Assembly: GCF_001598795.1 (NCBI RefSeq)
Contig: NZ_BCZP01000020.1
Location: 72,879 to 104,878, forward strand
Direction of reading: 5' to 3'
DNA: 32,000 nucleotides
Origin: Delftia acidovorans NBRC 14950
GTDB taxonomy: Bacteria; Pseudomonadota; Gammaproteobacteria; Burkholderiales; Burkholderiaceae_C
In this document: in pieces, positions 7,477-17,173 of the stretch
Numbering within the stretch: position 1 is the first letter of the stretch
How the letters are laid out: each line of letters opens with the position of its first letter
Program-made: the position numbers and the translations under genes
The notes under the pieces: generated by a model
What the model saw: only the letters and a program-made list of their open reading frames with translations
The model's database searches: none
Told to the model about the DNA's origin: nothing

Positions 7477-9039
7477 ATGGGTTCCATGCACCTCAGGGCG
7501 GACATACGCCAGTCCCAGACGCTTTCTCCCCGCCTGCAGCTTGCAGTGCGGATGCTGCAGATGTCCTCGCTGGACTTTGCCGCCGTGGTGCGCAGCAAGC
7601 TGGAGGACAACCCGTTCCTGGAAGACCCGCAAGATGCGCAGGACGGCGAGTACGAACAGGGGCTGCTCGACGGCAAGGAGCTGGGTGAAGAGGACCGGGA
7701 AGGCGGCATGGGCAGGCTGGCCCCGGAGGCAGGCCTGGCCCCGGACACGGGCATGGATGACGGCATCGGCATGGGCATCGGTCTGGACATGGACCGCGAT
7801 CTCCCCGGCATGCAGCACCCGCCCGACCCGGCCGACCACCTGCCCGGCCCCGCCACCGAACCCGCCGACGACCGCGACCTGTGGCTGGCCGACATGCATA
7901 CCGGCGCGCGCCAGGGGGTGGATGGAGAAGGCACCGCCATGGATCTGGCGGCCTGCGAGACCACGCTGGCCATGCACCTGCACGGCCAGCTCAATGTGAT
8001 GACGATGACGCCGCGCGACCTGTGCATGGCCCGCGCCATCGTGGAGTCGCTGGACGACGACGGCTATCTGCGCACCGACCTGCAGGAGCTGGCCGGCCTG
8101 CTGGCCCTCACCCCCGCACCTGACGCGCAGGAAATGCTCATTGCCCTGCGCCTGGTGCAATCGCTGGACCCGGCCGGCGTGGCCGCCCGCAGCGTGGGCG
8201 AATGCCTGTTGCTGCAATGCCCGCAGATCGGCGATGCCCACCTGCGCCAGCTGGCCCAGGCCATGGTGCAGGACCACATGGATGCGCTGGCCGCCCGCGA
8301 CGTGCCCCGGCTGGCCCGGGCGCTGCAGGTGCCACCCGCGCAGATCACGCAGGCGCTGGACTGCATACGTCGGCTGAACCCCAGGCCGGGCTGGAACTTC
8401 GGCTCCTCCCACGTGGACTACATCGTTCCCGACGTGATCGTGCGCCGGGGCCAGAACGGCTGGGACGTGCACCTCAACCCCGCGGTCGTGCCGCGCGTGC
8501 GCCTGAACCGCGTCTACGAGCAGCTGTTTCAGCGCCACCGCCGCAGCGGCCAGAACCAACTGGCCGACCACCTGCAGGATGCGCGCTGGACGGTGCGCAA
8601 CGTGGAGCAGCGCTTTTCCACCATCCTCGACGTGGCGCAGGCCATCGTGCGCAAGCAGCAGCTGTTCCTGGAGTTCGGCGCCATGGCCATGAAGCCGCTG
8701 GTGCTGCGCGAGATTGCCGAGGAAGTGGGCGTGCACGAGTCCACCGTCTCGCGCGTGACCAACAACAAATACATGGCCACGCCCACGGGCGTGTTCGAGC
8801 TCAAGCATTTCTTCTCGCGCCCCATGCTCAGCGCCAGCGGCAATGCCTGCTCGGCCACGGCCATCCGCGAGCTGATCGGCGACATCATCGCGGCCGAGTC
8901 CGATGCCCGGCCGCTGTCGGATGTTGAAATCGCACGCCAGCTCGGTGCCCAGGGCCTGGTCGTGGCGCGCCGCACCGTCACCAAATACCGCCAGCTGCTG
9001 CGCATAGAACCGGCCGACCGGCGCAGGCGCCACGCCTGA
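7477..9039 (+). CDS. rpoN: RNA polymerase sigma-54 factor (RpoN), probably a paralogous/accessory copy
   Basis: ATG 7477 lies 5 nt after AAGGAG (7466-7471). Region I is LRADIRQSQTLSPRLQLAVRMLQMSSLDF. Region II is long and acidic. The HTH is IAEEVGVHESTVSRVTNNKYM and the RpoN box is ARRTVTKYRQLL. The flanking genes are not the lptB/hpf/ptsN set that normally surrounds the housekeeping rpoN. Confidence 0.93.
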   Translation: MGSMHLRADIRQSQTLSPRLQLAVRMLQMSSLDFAAVVRSKLEDNPFLEDPQDAQDGEYEQGLLDGKELGEEDREGGMGRLAPEAGLAPDTGMDDGIGMGIGLDMDRDLPGMQHPPDPADHLPGPATEPADDRDLWLADMHTGARQGVDGEGTAMDLAACETTLAMHLHGQLNVMTMTPRDLCMARAIVESLDDDGYLRTDLQELAGLLALTPAPDAQEMLIALRLVQSLDPAGVAARSVGECLLLQCPQIGDAHLRQLAQAMVQDHMDALAARDVPRLARALQVPPAQITQALDCIRRLNPRPGWNFGSSHVDYIVPDVIVRRGQNGWDVHLNPAVVPRVRLNRVYEQLFQRHRRSGQNQLADHLQDARWTVRNVEQRFSTILDVAQAIVRKQQLFLEFGAMAMKPLVLREIAEEVGVHESTVSRVTNNKYMATPTGVFELKHFFSRPMLSASGNACSATAIRELIGDIIAAESDARPLSDVEIARQLGAQGLVVARRTVTKYRQLLRIEPADRRRRHA

Positions 9040-9051
9040 AACCTGGCGTGG

Positions 9052-9066
9052 TGGCAAGCGGCGTGC
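9052..9066 (+). promoter_or_regulatory. Weaker candidate sigma-54 promoter P4
   Basis: TGGCAAGCGGCGTGC has GG at 9053-9054 and GC at 9065-9066 with N10 spacing. It starts 13 nt after the rpoN stop, but its GC is 142 nt upstream of ATG 9209, and the -12 element reads GTGC rather than TTGC. Confidence 0.3.
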
Positions 9067-9208
9067 CTGTCCAAAAGCCTGTCCGGCCCGTCCTGCCAAG
9101 CCCCACCGCCGTGCAGCGGCTTGTCGCTCCCGCAGGGCATGCCTTGTCCGACAGTTGCAGGCCGCCGCCCGGCCTAAGGTGAAAGCTCATGGACTGAAGG
9201 AGCCCGCC

Positions 9209-9523
9209 ATGGACAACTCACCCCGCCGAATGCATGCCCCCCTCGAACGCCAGCGCAGCGAGAACAACCACATCCGCGACGGACGCTGGCCCCTGCGCAT
9301 TGGCGCACTCACCGCCGCCGTCGCACTGATCCTGGTGCTGATGTTCAACTTCATGGCCCCCAAGGGCCGGCTGGATGCGCCCAGCGCCACTGGAGCGACT
9401 GGAACGCCTTCGCCCTCACCGTCTCCCGCGACACAGTCCGTGTCGCCGCCCGCGCCTTCCGCCGCGCCGCAGCAGGCTGATCCGGCCACGACGCCTGCCC
9501 CCACCTCCACGCCTGCGCGCTGA
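9209..9523 (+). CDS. Single-pass membrane protein with a Pro/Ser/Thr/Ala-rich tail (104 aa)
   Basis: ATG 9209 lies 6 nt after GAAGGAG. The N-terminus is basic, followed by a TM segment (LRIGALTAAVALILVLMFNFM) and a low-complexity tail (TGTPSPSPSPATQSVSPPAPSAAPQQ). I do not recognise a family. Confidence 0.55.
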   Translation: MDNSPRRMHAPLERQRSENNHIRDGRWPLRIGALTAAVALILVLMFNFMAPKGRLDAPSATGATGTPSPSPSPATQSVSPPAPSAAPQQADPATTPAPTSTPAR

Positions 9524-9571
9524 GCCGGCATCCACCGCTCATCACCACACACCCCCAAAAGGACACGCACC

Positions 9572-9766
9572 ATGAATCACCCTCTGCCCCACGCACCCAA
9601 TATTCCCCAGGTGCCGACCACGCCCAACGACCCAGTGGCCCCCGATGATCCCAACCGCCAGCCCGGCCGCCCGCGCGGGCCCGAGCCCATCGACCCGCCC
9701 ACCACGGCGCCGCCCATCGAGCTGCCACCGTCCCCGGAGCAGGAACAGACGCGCAAGGGAGAGTGA
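9572..9766 (+). CDS. Small (64 aa) proline-rich protein
   Basis: ATG 9572 is preceded by AAGGA. The sequence is MNHPLPHAPNIPQVPTTPNDPVAPDDPNRQPGRPRGPEPIDPPTTAPPIELPPSPEQEQTRKGE. Its stop (9764-9766) is 1 nt before the next ATG, and its last codons supply that gene's SD (AAGGGAGAG), which suggests translational coupling. Confidence 0.45.
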   Translation: MNHPLPHAPNIPQVPTTPNDPVAPDDPNRQPGRPRGPEPIDPPTTAPPIELPPSPEQEQTRKGE

Positions 9767-9767
9767 C

Positions 9768-9968
9768 ATGCCACAAGGTGACAAATCGGCCTATACCGAT
9801 AAGCAAAAGCGCCAGGCTCGGCATATCGAAGACAGCTACGAGTCGCGCGGCGTGGGCCACGAAGAAGCTGAAAAGCGCGCCTGGGCCACCGTGAACAGGC
9901 AAAGCGGCGGCGGCAAGCTGTCGGGCTCGGGCCGGGGCAGGCAAGCGGGCCAGTCCAAGTCAAAATAA
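9768..9968 (+). CDS. Small conserved stress-associated protein (66 aa; family often auto-annotated as plasmid stabilization protein)
   Basis: The sequence is MPQGDKSAYTDKQKRQARHIEDSYESRGVGHEEAEKRAWATVNRQSGGGKLSGSGRG. I recognise the KSxYTDKQKR...AWATVN pattern from small proteobacterial proteins, from memory only. Confidence 0.7.
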   Translation: MPQGDKSAYTDKQKRQARHIEDSYESRGVGHEEAEKRAWATVNRQSGGGKLSGSGRGRQAGQSKSK

Positions 9969-10011
9969 CCGCGACTGCGGCCAGGCCCGAGACCCGAGAC
10001 CCGCAATTGCC

Positions 10012-13000
10012 GTGGGAGAAAGTGTGAACTCAGAAGACAGTTTTCGATTCCTGCCGCAGCGCGGCGAAATGCCGGCACGCGTGCGTTCCCACGACTGGGC
10101 GGCCACGCCCCTGGGATCGCCGGATGGCTGGCCGCAGAACCTGCGCAATGCCGTGAGCCTGGCGCTGGGCTCGCGCTTTCCCATCACCATCTGGTGGGGC
10201 GAAGACTTCCGCCTGATCTACAACGATGGCTATATCCCCTTCCTGGGAACCAGCAAGCACCCCCAGGCGCTGGGCCAGGCCGGCGCGCACTGCTGGAGCG
10301 AGATCTGGAGCGATATCGGCCCCATGCTGGAAGGCGTGATGCGTACCGGCGAGGCCACCTGGTCCACCGACGCCCGCTACTTCTTCGACCGCGACCTGCC
10401 CCAGGAAGAGGTCTTCGTGACCTTCACCTACGGCCCCATCCTGGCCGATGACGGCGTCACCGTGCAGGGCGTGTTCTGCCCCTGCACCGAGACCACGGAA
10501 AAAATCGTCAGCCGCAGGCGCCTGGAGACGCTGCACCGCCTGGGCATACGCACGCTGGACATGCACAACGCCAGGGACGCCGCCCAGAAAGTCTGCGCCG
10601 TGCTGGACGAGAACCCCTACGACGTGCCCTTCGCCATCATCTACGAATGCGTGGACACCCCTGCCGCGGGCAGCGCAGGCGCCAGCGGCCCGGCCTTCAG
10701 GATGCTCTGCGCCACGGGCATGGATATGGACATGGAGCTGGCGGCCGACCCCTCGCGCTGGCCGCTGGACCGGGCCGTGCAATCCGATCCATCGGACCGA
10801 ACGGACCAGGCGCATCAGGCGGCCCAGCCGGGCCAGCCCGCCAATGTGGAACTGGCGTCCTTGGGCCTGTCCCTGCCCGGCGGCCCCTGGCCCGAGGTCT
10901 CGCGTCTGGCGCGCATCGTGCCTGTGCGCTGGTCGGGCGACGGCCAGGTCTCGGGCGTGATGGTGCTGGGCGTCAGCCCGCGCCGTCCGCTGGATGTGGA
11001 CTATTGCGCCTTCCTCGACATGGTGGCAAGCCACACGGGCAGCGTGGTCGCGCACGCCCAGGCCTACGAGCAGGAAGCGCGGCGCGCCAAGGCCCTGGCC
11101 GAGGTGGACCACGCCAAGACCGTGTTCTTCTCCAACGTCAGCCACGAGCTGCGCACCCCGCTGACCCTGATCCTGGGCCCGCTGGAAGATGCCCTGCGCG
11201 AGCACGGCGGCCAGGTGCCGGCCGGGCAGACGCAGATGATCCACCGCAACGCGCTGCGCCTGCAAAAACTGGTCAATGCCCTGCTGGACTTCTCGCGCAT
11301 CGAGGCCGGGCGCATGCAGGCCAGCTACGAGCCCACGGACCTGGCCCGCACCACGGCCGAGCTGGCCAGCATGTTCCGCTCGGCCGTGGAGCAAGCCGGC
11401 CTGCGGCTGCGCGTGGATTGCCCGCCGCTGGACGGACCGGTCCATGTGGACCGCGACATGTACGAAAAAATCGTGCTCAACCTGTTGTCCAACGCCTTCA
11501 AGTTCACGCTGCAAGGCGAAATCGCAGTGGCGCTGCGCGATGTGCCCGATGTGTCCGATGTGTCCGATGCGCACGGCGCGGGCGGGGCCGATGGTGCGGT
11601 GGAGCTGTCCGTCACCGACACCGGATCGGGCATTGCGCCCCAGCACCTGCCCCATCTCTTCCAGCGTTTTCACCGCATTCCCGGCAAGCCGGCCCGCACG
11701 CACGAGGGCACGGGCATCGGCCTGGCCATGGTGCAGGAGCTGGCACGACTGCATGGCGGCACCGTCACGGTCAGCAGCACGGAGGGCGAAGGCAGCCGCT
11801 TCACCGTGCGCCTGCCCAGGGGGCATGCGCATCTTCCGGCCGAGCACCGGCCCGCGCGCCCGCCTGCATCGCACCCGCAGGTGGATGAGGCCCTGCGCTG
11901 GCTGCCCGGCGAGCCCGCCCCGGCTGCCAGCGACGAAGTCAGGCCCATGCAGCGGGACATGCGCGGTACGCAGCCCCCACGCGCCCGCATCGTCTGCGCC
12001 GATGACAACGCCGACATGCGCAGCTACATCGGCCAGTTGCTGGAGCCGCTGTATGAAGTGGAGATCGTGGGCGATGGCCGCGCCGCGCTGGCCAGCATCC
12101 ACCGCCAGCGGCCCGACCTGGTGCTGGCCGACGTGATGATGCCCGTGCTCGACGGCTTCGAGCTGCTGCATGCGCTGCGCAGTGACGAGACCACGCGCGC
12201 CATTCCCGTCATCATGCTGTCCGCGCGGGCCGGCCAGGAGGCCCAGGTCGAAGGCCTGCGCGCGGGCGCGGACGACTACCTGGTCAAGCCCTTTTCGGCG
12301 CGCGAGTTGCTGGCGCGCATCGCATCGCTGCTGCAGCTGGTGCGTGTGCGCGAACAGGTCCACGCCGCCGTGCAGGCCAACGAGAAAAAGCTGCGCGCCA
12401 TCATCGACCAGATGCCTGCGGGCGTGGGCGTCTCCGACATGAGCGGCACCATGGTATTGAGCAATGCGCTCATGGACCGCTTCGTGCCGCGCGCCATTCC
12501 GTCCACCCTGGCGGACCGCCTGCCGCGCTGGAAGGGATGGGATGACAAGGGCCAGCCCATTGCCCCCGAGAACTGGCCCGGCAAGCGCGCGCTGCGCGGC
12601 GAAGTGGTCATGCCGGGTCTGGAGATGCTGCACACCGACGACGATGGCCGCGAATGGTGGATGCGCGTCAGCTGCGCGCCGCTGCGCGATGACGACGGCC
12701 AGCTCATAGGCACCTGCTCCGTCATACAGGACATCACCGAACTCAAACAGGCCGAGTACCACCTCAAGGAAGCCGACCGACGCAAGGACGAATTCCTGGC
12801 CACGCTGGCGCATGAGCTGCGCAATCCGCTGGCGCCCATCAGCCACGGCCTGCAAATCCTCAAGCGCACCGCCAGCGGCGACGACAGCGTGCGCCACAGC
12901 CACGAGATGCTGGAGCGCCAGGTCAACCACATGATCCGCATGGTGGACGACTTGCTGGAGGTCTCGCGCATCACCACGGGCAAGGTCCAGTTGCGCAAGG

Positions 13001-13884
13001 AACTGGTGGATCTGAACGATGTGCTGCAAGGCGTGGTGGCGGCCAGCGGCGCGGTCATGGAGGCAGGCAGCCACCAGTTGCGCCTGGAGCTGCCCGCCGC
13101 GCCCGTATCGCTGCTGGCCGACCCGATGCGGCTGGCGCAGATGGTCTCCAACCTGCTCAACAATGCCGCCAAGTACTCGCACTCCGGCGGCCACATCGTT
13201 CTGTCCGCCTGGACCGATGGCGCGCAGGCCGTGGTCTCGGTACGCGACAACGGCATCGGCATCCCGCCCGCCCTGCTGGGCAAGGTGTTCGATCTGTTCA
13301 TGCAGGTGGACCGCAACGGCCGCCGTGGGCAGGGCGGCCTGGGCATCGGGCTGACCCTGGTGCGCAGCCTGGTCGAGATGCACGGCGGCAGCGTGCAGGC
13401 GCTCAGCGGAGGCAAGGGCCAGGGCAGCGAATTCAGGCTGCACCTGCCCCTGCCCACCCAGGCGCAGCCCCTGGCGGGACAGGCACCAAATGCCCAGCCC
13501 GAGGATGCAACGGCCTTCGGCCGCATCCTGGTGGTCGATGACAACATCGACGCCGCCGACACCCTGGCCATGCTGCTCAGGCTGCTGGGCGCCGAAGTCG
13601 AGATTGCCCGCGACGGCCCCGGCGCCCTGGCCATGCACGCGGCGTTCAGGCCCGAAGTGGTGCTGCTGGACATCGGCCTGCCCGGCATGGACGGCCTGGA
13701 GGTCGCCCGCCGCATCCGTGCCGAGCACGGCCGCGACCAGGTCGTGCTGATCGCGCTCACGGGCTGGGGGCAGGAGGAGGACCTGAGACGATCGCGGGAA
13801 GCCGGCATGGACCACCACCTGGTCAAACCCGTGAGCTTCGACACGCTCGAGCGTCTGCTGGCGGGCCTGCGTCCCCTGCCGTGA
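10012..13884 (+). CDS. Double-core hybrid sensor histidine kinase (PAS/GAF-like - HisKA - HATPase - REC - PAS - HisKA - HATPase - REC)
   Basis: The start is GTG 10012 or GTG 10024 (GGGAG lies 5 nt upstream of the latter). The N-terminus is FRFLPQRGEMPARVRSHDWAATPLG. H-box 1 is FFSNVSHELRTPL and REC1 is RIVCADDN..LVLADVMMPVLDG. After the PAS domain, H-box 2 is EFLATLAHELRNPL with N-box NLLNNAAKY. REC2 is RILVVDDN..VVLLDIGLPGMDG. Confidence 0.9.
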   Translation: MGESVNSEDSFRFLPQRGEMPARVRSHDWAATPLGSPDGWPQNLRNAVSLALGSRFPITIWWGEDFRLIYNDGYIPFLGTSKHPQALGQAGAHCWSEIWSDIGPMLEGVMRTGEATWSTDARYFFDRDLPQEEVFVTFTYGPILADDGVTVQGVFCPCTETTEKIVSRRRLETLHRLGIRTLDMHNARDAAQKVCAVLDENPYDVPFAIIYECVDTPAAGSAGASGPAFRMLCATGMDMDMELAADPSRWPLDRAVQSDPSDRTDQAHQAAQPGQPANVELASLGLSLPGGPWPEVSRLARIVPVRWSGDGQVSGVMVLGVSPRRPLDVDYCAFLDMVASHTGSVVAHAQAYEQEARRAKALAEVDHAKTVFFSNVSHELRTPLTLILGPLEDALREHGGQVPAGQTQMIHRNALRLQKLVNALLDFSRIEAGRMQASYEPTDLARTTAELASMFRSAVEQAGLRLRVDCPPLDGPVHVDRDMYEKIVLNLLSNAFKFTLQGEIAVALRDVPDVSDVSDAHGAGGADGAVELSVTDTGSGIAPQHLPHLFQRFHRIPGKPARTHEGTGIGLAMVQELARLHGGTVTVSSTEGEGSRFTVRLPRGHAHLPAEHRPARPPASHPQVDEALRWLPGEPAPAASDEVRPMQRDMRGTQPPRARIVCADDNADMRSYIGQLLEPLYEVEIVGDGRAALASIHRQRPDLVLADVMMPVLDGFELLHALRSDETTRAIPVIMLSARAGQEAQVEGLRAGADDYLVKPFSARELLARIASLLQLVRVREQVHAAVQANEKKLRAIIDQMPAGVGVSDMSGTMVLSNALMDRFVPRAIPSTLADRLPRWKGWDDKGQPIAPENWPGKRALRGEVVMPGLEMLHTDDDGREWWMRVSCAPLRDDDGQLIGTCSVIQDITELKQAEYHLKEADRRKDEFLATLAHELRNPLAPISHGLQILKRTASGDDSVRHSHEMLERQVNHMIRMVDDLLEVSRITTGKVQLRKELVDLNDVLQGVVAASGAVMEAGSHQLRLELPAAPVSLLADPMRLAQMVSNLLNNAAKYSHSGGHIVLSAWTDGAQAVVSVRDNGIGIPPALLGKVFDLFMQVDRNGRRGQGGLGIGLTLVRSLVEMHGGSVQALSGGKGQGSEFRLHLPLPTQAQPLAGQAPNAQPEDATAFGRILVVDDNIDAADTLAMLLRLLGAEVEIARDGPGALAMHAAFRPEVVLLDIGLPGMDGLEVARRIRAEHGRDQVVLIALTGWGQEEDLRRSREAGMDHHLVKPVSFDTLERLLAGLRPLP

Positions 13885-13950
13885 GGACTGCTTTTTTCGC
13901 GCGAGAATTCGGGCTGCCCGATCCAGCTGCCCCAGACGCCACCGAGACCG

Positions 13951-15243
<1,293 letters not shown>

Positions 15244-15497
15244 GCGCCTGGCCTGCGGCCAGGGACCAAGGCGGCATAAAATAGCCCGCTTCCCTCTGGA
15301 GCAGGCACAAGCTGCTCCTTGGTGGAAGCCCCTGTGGCACAGATTGCGGAAATCCGCCCAAATAGCGGGTTTCCCAATGCAAGATGGCGGAACCACCCTC
15401 CCCGATCATCGACAACCCACCGCATGGGCGGCCCGGCACTGCCGGTCCGCTGCGAGAGGGTTGCACCGCCCCATCAGACCCTGGAGTTTCTTCTTTC

Positions 15498-16481
15498 ATG
15501 TTCCGCCAACTGATCACCTGCACCGCCGTGGCCGCCGCCATGGGCCTGAGCTTTTCCGCAGCCGCCCAAGGCACGGCGGCCGACTATCCGAACAAGCCCG
15601 TGCGCATGATCGTGCCCTTCCCGCCCGGCGGCGGCACCGACATCCTCGCGCGCGTGGTGTCCAACAAGCTCACCGAAGTCAGCAAGTGGACCGTGGTGCC
15701 CGACAACCGCGCAGGCGCAGGCGGCACCATCGGCATCACCGAGGCCGCCAAGGCGGCGCCCACGGGCTACGACATGGTCATGGGCCAGAAGGACAACGTG
15801 GTCCTGGGCCCCTACCTCTACAAGAACCTGCCCTGGAACCCCGTCAAGGACCTGGTACCCGTGGCCCACGTGGCCTACACGCCCATCGTGATCGCCACCA
15901 GCGTGAACTCGCCCTACAAGACCCTGGCCGACATCGTGGCCGCTGCCAAGCAGCACCCGGGCAAGGTGACCTACGGCTCGCCGGGCAATGGCACCAGCAT
16001 CCACATCTCGGGCGTGCTGCTGGAGAAGGCCGCAGGCATCCAGCTGGTGCACGTGCCCTACAAGGGCTCCAATCCGGCATTGATGGATGCGCTGGCCGGC
16101 AACGTGGACCTGCTGGTGTCCTCCGTGCCCTCGGCCATCGGCCAGATCAAGGCCGGCAAGCTGCGCGCCATCGCCGTGACCTCGGCCAAGCGCTCGTCCT
16201 CGCTGCCCGACACGCCCACGCTGGCCGAAGCAGGCCTCAAGGGCTTTGACGTGAGCACCTGGTACGGCCTGTTCATGCCCAAGGGCACGCCCACGGCCAT
16301 CGTGACCAAGGTCAACGCCGAAGTGAACAAGCTGCTGGCCATGCCCGAAGTGCGCGACGCCATCCAGACCCAGGGCGCCGAGCCCCAGGCCATGAGCGTG
16401 GCCGACTTCGACAAGATGTTCCAGGCCGACTTCAAGCAGTCCAAGCAGATCGTCGAGTCCTCGGGCGCCAAGATCGAGTGA
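15498..16481 (+). CDS. Bug-family (TctC-like) tripartite tricarboxylate transporter substrate-binding protein
   Basis: The signal peptide MFRQLITCTAVAAAMGLSFSAAAQG is followed by YPNKPVRMIVPFPPGGGTDILAR..NRAGAGGTIG, which is the Bug signature. Confidence 0.9.
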   Translation: MFRQLITCTAVAAAMGLSFSAAAQGTAADYPNKPVRMIVPFPPGGGTDILARVVSNKLTEVSKWTVVPDNRAGAGGTIGITEAAKAAPTGYDMVMGQKDNVVLGPYLYKNLPWNPVKDLVPVAHVAYTPIVIATSVNSPYKTLADIVAAAKQHPGKVTYGSPGNGTSIHISGVLLEKAAGIQLVHVPYKGSNPALMDALAGNVDLLVSSVPSAIGQIKAGKLRAIAVTSAKRSSSLPDTPTLAEAGLKGFDVSTWYGLFMPKGTPTAIVTKVNAEVNKLLAMPEVRDAIQTQGAEPQAMSVADFDKMFQADFKQSKQIVESSGAKIE

Positions 16482-16543
16482 CATGCCTGCGGTGCCAGGG
16501 CGGCATGCCCGGCACCGCCTGCAATGGCCAACGCCGCATTTCA

Positions 16544-16572
16544 TTGATGCAGATCAGCCTGATCTGCATCAA
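16544..16572. promoter_or_regulatory. 29-bp perfect palindrome containing two FNR/Anr-like boxes
   Basis: TTGATGCAGATCAG c CTGATCTGCATCAA. Each 14-mer matches TTGAT-N4-ATCAA with one mismatch. It lies 62-90 nt upstream of hemerythrin ATG 16634. No U-tract follows on either strand, so it is not a classical terminator. Confidence 0.45.
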
Positions 16573-16633
16573 GGAGCTATGTGACAGTCCCATGAATACT
16601 TCTCTGGAAATCACCGAATTCCTGGAGAACGTC

Positions 16634-17146
16634 ATGGCATTGCTGGTCTGGGTCCCCGAGCTGGACACCGGGATTGCAGAAATCGACCGGCAGCATCGCC
16701 GCATCGTCGATTACATCAACAAGCTCTACGAGCTGCGCTCGTCGCCCGACCGTGAGGCCCTGGGCGATGTCATCGGCGAGATGATCGACTACACCGTCTC
16801 GCACTTCGTGTTCGAGGAAAGCCTGATCGAGAGCGCCGGCTACATGTTCGCCGGCCCGCACAAGAAGGTGCACGAGCTGTTCACGCGCCGCGTGATAGAG
16901 ATGCAGACCCGCTTCGATGCAGGCGAGGACGTGGCCGCCGAGCTGCACGGCATGCTCTCGCGCTGGCTGTTCAACCACATCCGCAACGAAGACACCGGCT
17001 ACGTGGATTCGGCCAAGGCCTATCTGCGCATGGCGCGCGAGTCCAGTCCTGCCGCCGAGAAGGAAAGGCTCAAGAACGAAGTGCTGCAGGAGCTGGAACT
17101 GCAGCGCAAGAAAAAGGGCTGGCTGGCACGGCTGCTCAATCGCTGA
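16634..17146 (+). CDS. Bacteriohemerythrin (hemerythrin-like O2/iron-binding protein) with a basic C-terminal extension
   Basis: ATG 16634 lies 6 nt after GGAG. MALLVWVPELDTGIAEIDRQHRRIV..HFVFEE..HKKVH..WLFNHIRNEDTGY carries the H..HxxxE..H..HxxxxD diiron ligand pattern. An upstream in-frame ATG at 16592 has a poorly spaced SD. Confidence 0.85.
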   Translation: MALLVWVPELDTGIAEIDRQHRRIVDYINKLYELRSSPDREALGDVIGEMIDYTVSHFVFEESLIESAGYMFAGPHKKVHELFTRRVIEMQTRFDAGEDVAAELHGMLSRWLFNHIRNEDTGYVDSAKAYLRMARESSPAAEKERLKNEVLQELELQRKKKGWLARLLNR

Positions 17147-17173
17147 TCACCCTCTCCCCTTGCAGCGCACCAA

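Noticed and set aside
7149-8039. N-terminal 297-codon extension of the 820-aa minus-strand ORF containing the sensor kinase.
   Set aside because: The extension is antisense to the rpoN coding region and the divergent intergenic DNA, and its translation is low-complexity. A canonical N-terminal TM start (MSIRLRLVLLLLALL) exists at 7148.
15335-15347. TGGCACagaTTGC, a sigma-54-like element upstream of the first Bug gene.
   Set aside because: The GG-to-GC spacing is again 8 nt rather than 10, so it is not a functional -24/-12 geometry.
16544-16572. The 29-bp palindrome read as the intrinsic terminator of the upstream Bug gene.
   Set aside because: No U/T-run follows the stem on either strand, and the stem would leave a 1-nt loop. 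An operator interpretation fits better.
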